A stretch of 64,000 nt of DNA from Squalus acanthias (lineage: Eukaryota): contig JASTWF010000339.1 of NCBI GenBank assembly GCA_030390025.1, forward strand, positions 434,001 to 498,000, given 5' to 3'. Positions 48,256 through 60,212 of the stretch are shown piece by piece. A program made the translations under genes and the position numbers. Positions within the stretch are counted from its first letter, which is position 1. Each line of letters begins with the position of its first letter. The notes under the pieces were generated by a model. It was given only the letters and a program-made list of their open reading frames with translations, made no database searches and was not told the origin of the DNA.

Positions 48256-51200
48256 ATATGGTTTTTTAAGGGCAGGTCGTGTTTGACTAACTTGATTGAA
48301 TTCTTTGAGGAGGTAACAAGGAGGGTCGATGAGGGTAGTGCGTTTGATGTAGTCTACATGGATTTTAACAGGGCTTTTGACAAGGTCCCACACGGCAGGC
48401 TGATCAAACAGAGAAACATAGAAGATAGGAGCAGGAGTAGGCCATTCGGCCCCTCGAGCCTGCTCCGCCATTCGATGAGATCATGGCTGATCATCCAAAC
48501 TCAGTACCCTGTACCTGCCTTCTCCCCATATCCCTTGATACCTTTAAGAAATATATCTAACTCATTCTTGAATATATTTAATGACTTGGCCTCAACTACC
48601 TTCTGTGGTAGAGAATTCCACAGGTTCACCACTCTCTGGGTGAAGAAATTCTTCCTCATTTCTGTCCTAAATGGCTTACCCCTTATCCTTAGATTATGAC
48701 CACTGGTTCTGGACTCTCTGACCATCGGGAACATTCTTCCTGCATCTAGTTTGTCCAGACCTGTCAGAATTTTATATGTTTCGATGAGATCCCCTCTCAT
48801 TCTTCTATACTCCAGCGAGTATAAGCCCAATCGACCCAATCTCTCCTCATATGTCATCCCTGCCATCCCAGGTATCAGCCTTGTGAATCTTCGCTGAACT
48901 CCTTCCATGGCAAGAACATCCTTCCTCAGATAAGGCGACCAAAACTGTACACAGTACTCAAGGTGTGGTCTCACCAAGGCCCTGTACAACTGCAGCAGGA
49001 CATCCCTGTTCCTACACTCAAACCCTTTCGCTATGAAGGTCAACATACCATTTGCCTTCTTCACCGCCTGCTGCACCTGCATGCTTACCTTCAGCGACTG
49101 GTGCACAAGGACACCCAGGTCTCGTTGCACTTCCCCTTCTCCCAATCTATTGCCATTCAGATAATAGTCTGCCTTTCTGTTTTTGACACCAAAGTGGATA
49201 ACCTCGCATTTATCCACGTTATATTGCATCTGCCACGCTTCTGCCCACTCACCCAACCTGTCCAAATCATCCTGGAGTTTCTCAGTATCCTCCTCGGAGC
49301 ACACACGCCCACCCAGCTTTGTGTCATCTGCAAACTTGGAGATATTACATTTAGTTCCCTTATCCAGATCATGAATGTATATTGTGATTAGCTGGGGTCC
49401 AAGGACCGAACCCTGTGGTACCCCACTAGTCACTGCCTGCCACTCGGAAAAAGACCCATTAATTCCTACTCTCTGCTTTCTGTCCGCCAACCAGTTCTCT
49501 ATCCAAGTCAATACCTTGCCCCCAATCCCATGTGCCTTAACTTTACATGCTAATCTCTTATGCGGGACCTTATCGAAAGCCTTTTGAAAGTCCAAATACA
49601 CCACATCTACTGGTTCTCCCTTATCTATTTTCCCAGTTACATCCTCAAAAAATTCCAGTAGATTAGTCAAGCACGATTTACTTTTGTAAATCCATGTTGA
49701 CTTTGTCCGATCCTGTCACTGTTTTTCAAGTGCTCAGCTATTACATCCTTTATAATGGACTCTAGTATTTTCCCCACTACCGATGTCAGGCTTACCGATG
49801 TCGGTCTGTAATTCCCCGCTTTCTCTCGACCACCCTTTTTGAATAGTGGGGTAACATTAGCTACCCTCCAATCCATGGGAACTGTTCCAGAGTCTATAGA
49901 ATTTTGAAAGATGATCAGCAATGCATCTACTATTTCTAGGGCCACTTCCTTAAGTACCCTAGGATGTAGATTATCAGGCCCTGGGGATATATCGGCCTTC
50001 AATCCCGTCAATTTCCCTAACACCATTTCCCTGCAAATACTGATTTCTTTCAGTTCCTCCCTTTCATCAGACCCTATTTTCTCCAACATCTCTTGGAAGT
50101 TATTTGTGTCCTCCTTTGTGAAGACAGAACCAAAATATGCATTTAATTGGTCTGCCATTTCTTTGTTCCCCATTATAACTTCCCCCGCTTCTGACTGCAA
50201 GGGACCTACACTTGATTTCACTAATCTTTTTCTCTTCACATATCTATAGAAGCTCTTACAGTCAGTTTTTATGTTCCCTGCAAGCTTACTTTCATATTCT
50301 ATTTTCCCCTTCTTAATTAATCCCTTTGTCCTCCTTTGTTGAATCCTAAACTGCTCCCAATCCTCAGGGTTACCGCTTTTTCTGGCCAATCAAAAAAGTG
50401 AAAGCCCATGGAATCCAAGGGAGAGTGGCAAATTGGATCCAAAATTGGCTCAGTGGCAGGAAGCTAAGGGTGATGGTTGAGGGGAGATTTTGCGACTGGA
50501 AAGCTGTTTCCAGTGGGGTTCCACAGGGCTCAGTACTGGGTCCCTTACTTTTTGTAGTACATAATAATGATTTAGACTTAAATGTAGGGGGGCATGATGA
50601 AGAAATTTGCTGATGATACAAAAATTGGCGGTGTGGTTGACAGTGAGGAGGAAAGCTTTAGACTGCAGGAAGATATCGATGAACTGGTCAGTTGGGCAGA
50701 AAAGTGGCAAATGGAATTCAATCCGGAAAAGTGTGAGGTAATGCATTTGGGGAGGGGCAACAAGCCCTCCATTTTCAGCTTTGCTTCTCTCCCTTCCTTT
50801 ATTAGCCGAGGCATAGAATATAAGAGCAGGGAGGTTATGCTAGACCTGTATACAACACTGGTTAGGCCACAGCTTGAGTACTGTGTGCAGTTCTGGTCAC
50901 CACATTTCAGGAAGGATGTGATTGCACTGGAGAGGGTGCAGAGGAGATTTACGAGGATGTTGCCAGGACTGGAAAACTTTAGCTATGAGGAAAGATTGGA
51001 TAGGCTGGGGTTGTTTTCCAAGGAACAGAGGAGCTGAGGGGAGATTTAATTGAGGTGTATAAAATTATGAGGGGCCTAGATAGAGTGGATAAGAAGGACC
51101 TATTTCCCTTAGCAGAGGGGTCAAAAACCAGGGGGGCATAGATTTAAAGTAGTTGGTAGAAGGATGAGAGGGGAGGTGAGGAAAATTTTTCACCCAGAGG

Positions 51201-51415
51201 GTGGTGGGGGTCTGGAACTCACTGCCTGAAAGGGTGGTAGAGGCAGAAACCCTCATCACATTTAAAAAGTACTTGGATATGCACTTGAAGTGCCGTAACC
51301 TACAAGGCTACGGACCAAGAGCTGGAAGGTGGGATTAGAGTGGATAGCTCTTTGTCGGCCGGCACGGACAAGATGGGCTGAATGGCCTCCTTCGCTGTCG
51401 TAACTTTTCTATGAT
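48256..51415 (+). mobile_element. CR1 fragment split by the antisense CR1 at 48409-50388
   Basis: VPHGRLIK resumes as KVKAHGIQG after 50388; atcaaa duplicated at both junctions. Confidence 0.85.
48409..50388 (-). mobile_element. Young CR1 with near-intact RT region (one frameshift near 49675)
   Basis: ORFs 49667..50389 and 48501..49670 with FADD. Confidence 0.95.
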
Positions 51416-51467
51416 TCAAATACTCCCAGGGCAAATTACAGCACAGGTTAGATACAGACTGTCAGAC

Positions 51468-51583
51468 ATGGCTCAAGCGGTAGCACTCTCGCCTCTGAGT
51501 CAGAAAGTTGTGGGTGGAAGTCCCAATCCAGAGACTTCAGCACAAAACTCGAGGCTGCCACTCCAGTGTAGTGCTGAGGGAGT
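51468..51583 (+). mobile_element. 5' part of a SacSINE1/DeuSINE-like tRNA SINE
   Basis: tggctcaagcggtagcactctcgcctctgagtcagaaagttgtggg...agtccc...ccagagactt. Confidence 0.65.
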
Positions 51584-52000
51584 GAAGCCCAGCGCGGAGT
51601 ACAGCCCGGCGCGGAGTGAAGCCCGGTGCAGAGTACAGCCCGGCGCGGAGTGAAGCCCGGCGCGGAGTGAAGCCCGGCGCGGAGTACAGCCCGGCGCGGA
51701 GTGAAGCCCGGCGCGGAGTGAAGCCCGGCGCGGAGTACAGCCCGGCGCGGAGTACAGCCCAATGCAGAGTCCAGTTCCCTCTGCTCTGTTCCAACATGCC
51801 AGAGTGAAGCCCAGTGCAGAGTCCAGTTCCCTCTGCTGTGCTCCAACATGCCAGATTGAAGCCCAGTGCAGAGTCCAGTTCCCTCTGCTCTGCTCCATGC
51901 CAGAGTGAAGCCCAGTGCAGAGTCCAATTCCCTCTGCTCTGCTCCATGCCAGAGTGAAGCCCAGTGCAGAGTCAGTTCCCTCTGCTCTGCTCCAACCTGC
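51580..52000. repeat. Compound minisatellite: 17-bp CpG-rich units, then ~49-52 bp units
   Basis: (tga/tac)agcccggcgcggag about 11 times, then agagtgaagcccagtgcagagtccagttccctctgctctgctcc about 4.5 times. Confidence 0.9.
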
Positions 52001-52059
52001 CTGAGCCTAAATTCAGAAGAGCGCCCTCTGCTGCATTCCCCCTGTCTCCGCAGCGAGGG

Positions 52060-52460
52060 GAGCAGGCGGCGGAAGTCCCGCCTCTGGGGCTCCCTGATTG
52101 GTTGGCGGACCCGCCGCCGCCTCTGTCCTCCAGGCTCCACCCACCCTTTCCGTATTGGTCGGAGTGGACGTCAGTCACGGCGGCGGGATTGGTCACGTGC
52201 CCCAGTCGGGCTGCGGTCGCTCGATCCGCCCGCTCGGTGCCGGGGGAGGGAGGAGGCGCTCGGACGCTCCGGTTTGGATTTTGTTTTGATTTATCTCCTC
52301 GCGCGCGCTGCTCTCCGCGGTATATTTAAAAAAACCTCCTAAAACTCACTTTCCGCCGGTGATCCGGGCTCTCAGGCGGTGGGCTCCCGAGCGGTTGTCC
52401 TGAGCATGCGCGGGTCAGTGAGTGGGCGGGGCCAGGAGGCGCATGCGCAGTGTCAGCGGC
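52060..52460 (+). promoter_or_regulatory. CpG-island promoter (CCAAT boxes, E-box, TATA-like, NRF1)
   Basis: Three ATTGG motifs 52096-52192, cacgtg 52194, tatatttaaa 52321, possible donor ca|gtgagt ~52418, gcgcatgcgca 52439. Confidence 0.62.
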
Positions 52461-52589
52461 GGCCGGAGCGCGGGGGCTTGTGGGTATTTCAGACAACCTG
52501 GGCAGCAGCTGGGCCTGAAAATCAGCTTCACTGCCCCTGGGCTGGGAAAGGGGGACATGAGACAGCTTTCTCCCCCTTTCTACACTCCG

Positions 52590-54909
52590 TTTACACGGTG
52601 TTAGTCCTGGAGCATTTACAGACAGGAAGCTCAAACCAAACATCAGGTCAGGATCTGACAGTCGCTCCATTCCTCAGGACCTGAATATCATCGGCTTTTG
52701 CCCATGGAAGGAGAGAGCAGCGATCGCAGCACGGACAGGCCGCACACGTGTTCCGTGTGTGGACCAGATTCTGCCGATCACCTGTCCTGGCGAGGCACGT
52801 GTACCGTCAAACCGAGGGCAAACCGGGTAAAGGTGGGGACGGCGGGCAGGGATTCACTTCCCCGTCTAGGTGGGACGTTCATTGGCGCAGTCACACAGCG
52901 GACAGTCCGTTCACCTGCTCTGTGTGGTGGATTCAGTCAGACATCCAACCTGCTGACACACCCGCTTGTTAACATTGATGAGAGACCGTTTAAATGTTCT
53001 GACTGTGGGAAAAGCTTTAAAATCTCTGGGAATCTGACAAATCAGCAGCCTGCTCACACTGGAGAGAGGCCATTTCCCTGCTCCTATTTTGGGAAGTGTT
53101 TCACTCGGTCCAGCAAGTTCACACCGGGGAGAGGCCGTTCACCTGCTCCATCTGTGGGAAGGGATTCACTCACCCATCCCAGCTGCTGAGACACCAGCGA
53201 GTTCACACTGGGGAGACACCGTTTAAATGTTCTGACTGTGGGAAGAGCTCTAAAAGCTCCTGGGAGCCGAAGGCACACCAGCGAGTTCATACCTTGAGAG
53301 GCCATTCACCTGCTGAATGTGGAAGGTGATTCAGTTGCTCATCTCACCTATTACCACATTAACATGTTCGTAATGGGGAGAATCCGTTCACTGCTCTGTA
53401 TGTGGAAAGTGATTCAATCGATCATCCCATTTACTGACACACCAGTACAGTCACACCGGAGAGAGGCTGTTTAGATACTTCACGTGTGGGAAGGGATTCA
53501 CTCTGTTGCCCCACCTGTTGACACTCCAGAGTGTCCACATTGAGAACAGTTGCTTTGAATGTATTTGGACTTCCAAAAGGCATTTGATAAGGTGCCACAC
53601 AAAAGATTACTGCACAAGATAAAAAATCACGGGATTGGGGGTAATATACTGGCATGGGTGGAAGATTGGCTATCGAACAGAAAACAGAGAGTTGGGATAA
53701 ATGGTTCATTCTCAGGTTGGCAATCAGTAACTAGTGGTGTTCCGCAAGGGTCAGTGCTGGGACCCCAACTCTTTACAATCTATATTAACGATTTGGAGGA
53801 GGGGACCAAGTGCAACGCATCCAAGTTTGCTGACGATACAAAGATGGGAGGAAAAGCAGTGAGTGAGGAGGACATAAAAAACCTGCAAAAGGACATAGAC
53901 AAGCTAAGTGAGTGGGCGGAAATTTGGCAGATGGAATATAATGTTGGAAAGTGTGAGGTTATGCACTTTGGCAGAAAAAATCAAAGAGCAAGTTATTATC
54001 TAAATGGAAAGAAACTGCAAAGTGCTACAGTACAAAGGGATCTGGGGGTCCTGGTGCATGAAACACAGAAGGTTAGTATGCAGGAACAGCAGGTGATCAG
54101 GAAGGCCAATGGAATCTTGGCTTTTATTGCAAGGGGGATGGAGTATAAAAGCAGGGAAGTCTTGCTTCAGTTATACAAGGTACTGGTGAGGCCACACCTG
54201 GAATACTGCGTACAGTTTTGGTTTCCATATTTAAGAAAAGATATACTTGCTCTCGAGGCAGTTCAGAGAAGGTTCACTTGGTTGATTCTGGAGATGAGGG
54301 GGTTGACTTATGAGGAAAGGTTGAGTAGGTTGGGCCCCGACTCATTGGAATTCAGAAGAATCAGAGGAGATCTTATCGAAACATATAAGATTGTGAGGGG
54401 GCTTGATCGGGTGGAGGCGGGGAGGATGTCTCCACTGATGGGAGAGACTAGAACTAGGGGGCATACTCTTAGAATAAGGGGCTGCCGTTTCAAAACTGAG
54501 ATGAGGAGAAACTTCTTCACTCAGAGGGTAGTAAATCTATGGAATTTGCTACCTCAGAGAGCTGTGGAAGCTGCGACATTAAATAAATTTAAAACGGAGA
54601 TAGACAGTTTCCTAGCTGATAAGGGAATTAAGGGTTATGGGGAGCGGACAGGGAAGTGGACGTGAGTCTAGGTTCGGATCAGCCATGATCCTATTGAATG
54701 GCGGAGCAGGCCCGAGGGGCCATATGGCCTACTCCTGCTCCTACTTCTTATGTTCTTATGTAAATACTCTGACAGTGAGAAAATCTTTTCAAGTTCAAAG
54801 CAGCTGATGCACGATCAGCGCATTGATTCTGGAGAGAGGCTGTTTCAATATCCTGTGTGTGGGAAGAAATTCACCCCACCTGCTGAGACTCCAGTGAGTT
54901 CACATGTGA
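52590..54909 (+). pseudogene. Degenerate ZNF exon (ZNF-B type 3' end) interrupted by CR1
   Basis: Frameshifted fingers (ORFs 52698..53189 and 53096..53329); acceptor reads tttacAC instead of tttacAG; resumes at 54760 matching the reverse of 909-1065. Confidence 0.8.
53555..54759 (+). mobile_element. Young CR1 RT/3' fragment with an open 368-aa frame
   Basis: ORF 53559..54665; tail tcttatgttcttatg; absent from paralogs near 1060 and 31880. Confidence 0.95.
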
Positions 54910-55039
54910 CTGCAGGGGTTTGGATTCTGTTATTAATCACATCCAAGACTGAACCATGGCAGAGTGCCCGTGTACTTGGGTTTCTGTGTGAATTATTGAT
55001 GAATTTTCTCTCAATGGGATCACAGAAACTCATTCTCCA

Positions 55040-55500
55040 TTCACTATTTGGGTCTTTCAATGTTCCCCAGCATGCACCGCGGGGGAGAATGTGCCCCATT
55101 CACGCTGGAGGAGCCCAGTGCGCAGGCGCAGTGCCCGCCTGTATTTGGAGCATGCGCAGTGTCACTGTGATCAGAGCCGGGCGAGTGCACGGAGCGGACG
55201 TCAGCGGCAGTCACGGTTATTAGGCCGATTACGAATCAGCGGGGCGCAGAGAGGTAAAGCATCCGGCGGATGAGCTTCATAAACACCTGTTGTAGGCCGC
55301 ATTCCCCGAATGAGAACCTGCAGGTTCCGCGTTTGCAGCTCGGAGGCTTTTTCCCAGGAACAGCCCCGGGTTAACGGCGGCCATCTTTGTAAAGGAGCGC
55401 TGAGGTTTTTTGCGTCGCTATCTTGCATCATCGAGCGGTAGAGCGCATGCGTGGCCATCTTTGTAAAGTAGCCACGAGGGGACGTGGCTTCAGGGTCCCA
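55040..55500 (+). promoter_or_regulatory. ZNF promoter/first exon, family 1 (inverted copy)
   Basis: ttccccagcatgc 55062, tgcgcaggcgca 55119, gcatgcgca 55150, gccatcttt twice, donor cca|gtgagt 55501. Confidence 0.72.
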
Positions 55501-56038
55501 GTGAGTGAACTGAACCCAGCCAGAGTCAGCACCTTCAGGGGAGGAGAGGGAGAGGAACCACTGAGTGAACTGAACCCAGCCAGAGTCAGCACCTTCAGGG
55601 GAGGAGAGAGAGGGGAACCAGTGAGTGCAGAACTGAACCCAGCCAGAGTCAGCACCTTCAGGGGAGAAGAGGGAGGGGAGGAATCCCCATGTACAGTCCC
55701 AAGGTTGGAATCCCCGTGTACAGTCCCAGGGTTAGAATCCCCATGTACAGTCCCAGGGTTGGAATCCCCATGTACAGTCCCAGGGTTAGAATCACCATGT
55801 ACAGTCCCAGGGTTAGAATCCCCATGTACAGTCCCAGGGTTAGAATCGCCATGTACAGTCCCAGGGTTAGAATCGCCATGTACAGTCCCAGGGTTAGAAT
55901 CCCCATGTACAGTCACAGGGTTGTAATCCCCATGTACAGTCCCAGGGTTGGAATCCCCATGTACAGTCCCAGGGTTGGAATCCCCATGTACAGTCCCAGG
56001 GTTGGAATCCCCATGTACAGTCCCAGGGTTTGAATCCC
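55501..56038. repeat. 60-bp minisatellite (3 units) fused directly to the 27-bp VNTR (13 units)
   Basis: Switch at 55680/55681 from ggaggggag to gaatccccatgtacagtccc. Confidence 0.92.
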
Positions 56039-56499
56039 TCAGCAACACCGAGTGTGGGTCTCAGGCCTGGAGTCAGAGCCGGCGGACGTGCGACCAGGGC
56101 CCTGGCACCATTAACCCCAGGGTGCAGCGCCTCCCCCAGACAAGAAACACAACAACTTTCATTTATGCAGCAGAGGGAGCAATTCAGAGCCGGTTAGCAT
56201 CAGGGTGGGCGGTGGATGTGGAACTCGCTCCCTGGCCTCCTGTGCAGGACTTTCTTGTTGCATCAGTTTGAGCTGGAGTGGAGAGGGGGGAGAAGCTGCT
56301 GGATTTAACCCCCAGTACTTCTGAGCCCAGTGGGACCCAACAATTTCCAATGTGGGACTGTGAAGGGAGGTGGATTCTAGGGGAGATTAAGTTGCTAAAC
56401 AGACACTGTCCGTACAGTGTAAAAGATTATCATTTTTGGAACAAGTATTTCTGTAGAGGCTTTCAATCCATTTTATATATACAGAATTTTTAAATTAAT

Positions 56500-56810
56500 T
56501 TGATGTGGGTGTCACTAGCAAGGCCAGCATATATTGCCAGTCCCCAGTTGCCCATTGAGAAGGTGATGCTGGGCCTTCTTCTTGAACCTCTGCAGTCTGT
56601 GTGGTGAAGGTACTCTCAGAATGCTGTTAGGTGAGGAGTTCCAGGATTTTCACCCAGCGACCATGTAGGAACGGCGATATATGCCCAAGTCAGGATAGTG
56701 TGTGACTTGGAGGGGAACTGGGAGGTGATGGTGTTCCCATGCACCTGCTGCCCTTGTCCTTCTAGGTGGTGGATGCCACGTGTTTGGGAGGTGCTGTCAA
56801 AGTTCTAGTC
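56500..56810 (-). mobile_element. Non-LTR retrotransposon 3' end (clade not determined) in the ZNF intron; partial copy at 38800-38940
   Basis: Minus strand reads ctagaaggacaagggcagcaggtgcatgggaacacc...ggttcaagaagaaggcccagcatcaccttctc, a recurrent shark LINE 3' end as recalled. Confidence 0.5.
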
Positions 56811-57076
56811 GAGTTACAGATGTATAAAGTCGCTCTCCTTCACCCCTCCCCCTCCCACCTCGCTCTCTCTCCTCCCATAGAGGCCAAAGTCTTGTGTAGG
56901 CCCAGACCGGACATTAGTGAACCAGTTGGGTTTTTACGACAATCCGGCAGCTTTCATGGTCACTTTTTTCTAGTGCCGGCCCCACAAATTCCCAGATTCA
57001 TTCAGCTCAATTTCACAACCTGCCTTGTGTTTTTGTGGGTTCTCTCTCACCCTCCCTTTTTCCTGTTTTAAATTAA

Positions 57077-57460
<384 letters not shown>

Positions 57461-57821
57461 CTGCAGGTGTTGGATTCTGCTGTTATTTACATCCTGAACT
57501 GAATCGTGTTCACACTGACAGCTGGAGTTTGTTTCTGCTGATGTTAATAACCCCTGTAACTGGGCTGGAGTTTAAATTTCTGGATATATATCAAATAAAT
57601 CAACTTTGCTTTAAACACATTGTTGTGGATTTTTGTCGTTCCCACCTGAGTGTTTAGCATCACCTGGCTGGAGCTCAGAAAGGACAATCTGGGGGGAGGA
57701 TCGTACGGCGGGAACAGAACTACAGCCTGGACACAGTCCTTCAGGGCCACACTGAGAGGGGCAAATGGCACTTTGGTCTTTCTCGTCTCTCTTCACTGAA
57801 AGGAAAGTTGCCGGGCAGATT

Positions 57822-58716
57822 AAGAACGTAAGAAAAGATCATAAGAATTAGGAGCAGGAGTAGGTCACACGGCCCCTCGAGCCTGCTCCACCATTCAATA
57901 AGATCATGGCTGATCATCCACCTCAACTCTACTTTCCCGCCCGATCTCCATATCCCTTGATTCCCCTAGAGTCCAAAAATCTATCTATCTCAGCCTTGAA
58001 TATACTCAAAGACTGAACATTCACAGCCCTCTGGGGCAGAGAATTCCAAAGATTCACAACACTCTGAGTGAAGAAATTCCTCCTCATCTCAGTCTTAAAT
58101 GGCCTACCCCTTATCCTGAGACTATGCCCCCTAGTTCTAGACACTCCAGCCAGGGGAAACAACCTCTCAGCATCTACCCTGTCAATCCCCTTCAGAATCT
58201 TGTATGTTTCAGTGAGATCACCTCTCATTCTTCTAAACTCCAGAGAGTATAGGCCCATTCTGCACAATCTCTCATCATAGGACAGCCCTCTCATCCCAGG
58301 AATCAATCTCGTGAACCTTCGTTGCACCGCCTCCAAGGCATATATATCCTTCCTCAGATAAGGAGACCAAAACTGCACAGTACTCCAGGTGTCGTCTCAC
58401 CAAGGCCCTGTACAATTGTAGCAAGACTTCCTTACTCTTATACTCCAACCCCTTGCAATAAAGGCCAACATGCCATTTGCCTTCCTTATTGCTTGCTGTA
58501 CCTGCATGCTAGCTTTCTGTGTTTCTTGCACGAGGACACCCAAATCTCTCTGAACACCAACATTTGAAAGTTTCTCACCATTCACAATATATTCTATTTT
58601 TCTATTCTTCCTACCAAAGTGAACAACTTCACATTTCCCTACATTATACTCCATCTGCCACCTTACTCCCCACTTACTTAGTCTATCTATATCCCTTTGC
58701 AGACCTATATCCCTTT
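57822..58716 (-). mobile_element. CR1 3' fragment inserted in the ZNF downstream block
   Basis: ORFs 57929..58378 and 58397..58654; absent from paralogs near 4975 and 36660. Confidence 0.9.
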
Positions 58717-60212
58717 AATCTTGAGGCTGATATGGAATGTGTCCCAGCCGCTCTCTCCCATGGGTCAGAGCTCCTGGGCACGGAACAGAAGGCTCCTTTA
58801 CAACTGTGTTTAGAGTCAGGAAGAACAACGGTGAATGCTGGAAACGTGCTGTCAAATCAGAGATTGGTGTCAAACTGCGATCTGTTCCTGACTGAAAGTG
58901 AACCGGCAGGGTTAAGTTTCCAGTCTAAAAATTACTGGTAATTATTCCACGAAGATTTAATATGTGTGTGTGAGACAGTCCTGAGTCTACGATTTTAAGG
59001 CAGGTGTTAGCTCATTTAAAATAAACCCGTTTAAAATGAATTGGTTAAAGTCTGCATTAAAATAGCAGAGGGAGGAGTTCACAGGAGCCTGTTAACTGCT
59101 GGTACAATTATACAACAGACATTTGATCTCCAGATAAAGAAGGACCTGCAGCATGTTTCCAGGAATTCCCTGTTTTATTGATGTGTGCGTGTTAGACACC
59201 AGGATAACTCAAAATACACGACCCGGAATATCCACGGGGTGCGAATCCGACAGTTACTCTGGGATCACTCCCGCTGCGGAACTCCAGCACTGACCCTGCT
59301 GAAGGTTGTAGGCTCAGGGAGTGGGGCCTCCAGGAGTGGACTGTGAGAAAGCTGGGTTTCAGTATCCTGACACATATATGGTGAGGAACCAGAGGAATTC
59401 TAACTAAGGAACCGTCTGAGGTTTTATCCATCGGGATGAGATGGGATGGGATGATTGATTGATTTATTTATTTAATGTCTTGAAGCATCGGTCTAGTCTT
59501 GTTAATAACTGTCAGAAGCTGTGTGCAATGTCTAATTGATGTGGGATTATGTGGGTAATATCTGTGTTGAAAGGACGGGGTGAACCTTGTAACAATTCCC
59601 CAGAGATGAGCTGGGATTGAGGGACAGGACTGAAGGTGAGCAATAGTGCCCTGCACTTTGTACTAATTAGTGACAGACTCTGTGTGTTAAAGTTTACTGA
59701 TTCACACTTGTGTTGTGCTGTGCCGATTGTTCCCAGTTTGTGAATGTTCAGGATTGTTTTTGCTGCAGTATTTTCTATTGAGCTTTGGCGGGACCCACTG
59801 ATTGGGTGAGACAGAGCCTGGAACCGTGACCTCACAGCACCGCCGGATGGGCGGCCGCAGGGTCCTAATGCCCACCCTACTTCATTGCAACAACTGAAAA
59901 GAGCCTCACAAAGTGTTTGCTGTGTGTGTGTGTACAAATCTCATCATTCTTAATGTGTGCAAGCACATTCCACAGAGAGAAATCATTATCTTCAGCCATT
60001 ACTGATCAGCATTTTATTTCCTTTATTCACAGTGTAACTTCAGAGCGTTGAATCCCTTTAACATTTATTGAGAACCCATTGTCTTGTGGGCTCTTGTTTA
60101 GAAAGTGATGTCACAATGACCATTCCGTTGCCAAGGTGAGCCTGTCCGTCCGCAGTATTCAGTGGGAAAGGGGATTAAATCACACCGAGGATAATGAGCA
60201 GCCACCCACCAG

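Noticed and set aside
51448..52342. Several 130-230 aa ORFs
   Set aside because: They arise from GC-rich minisatellites and CpG-island sequence
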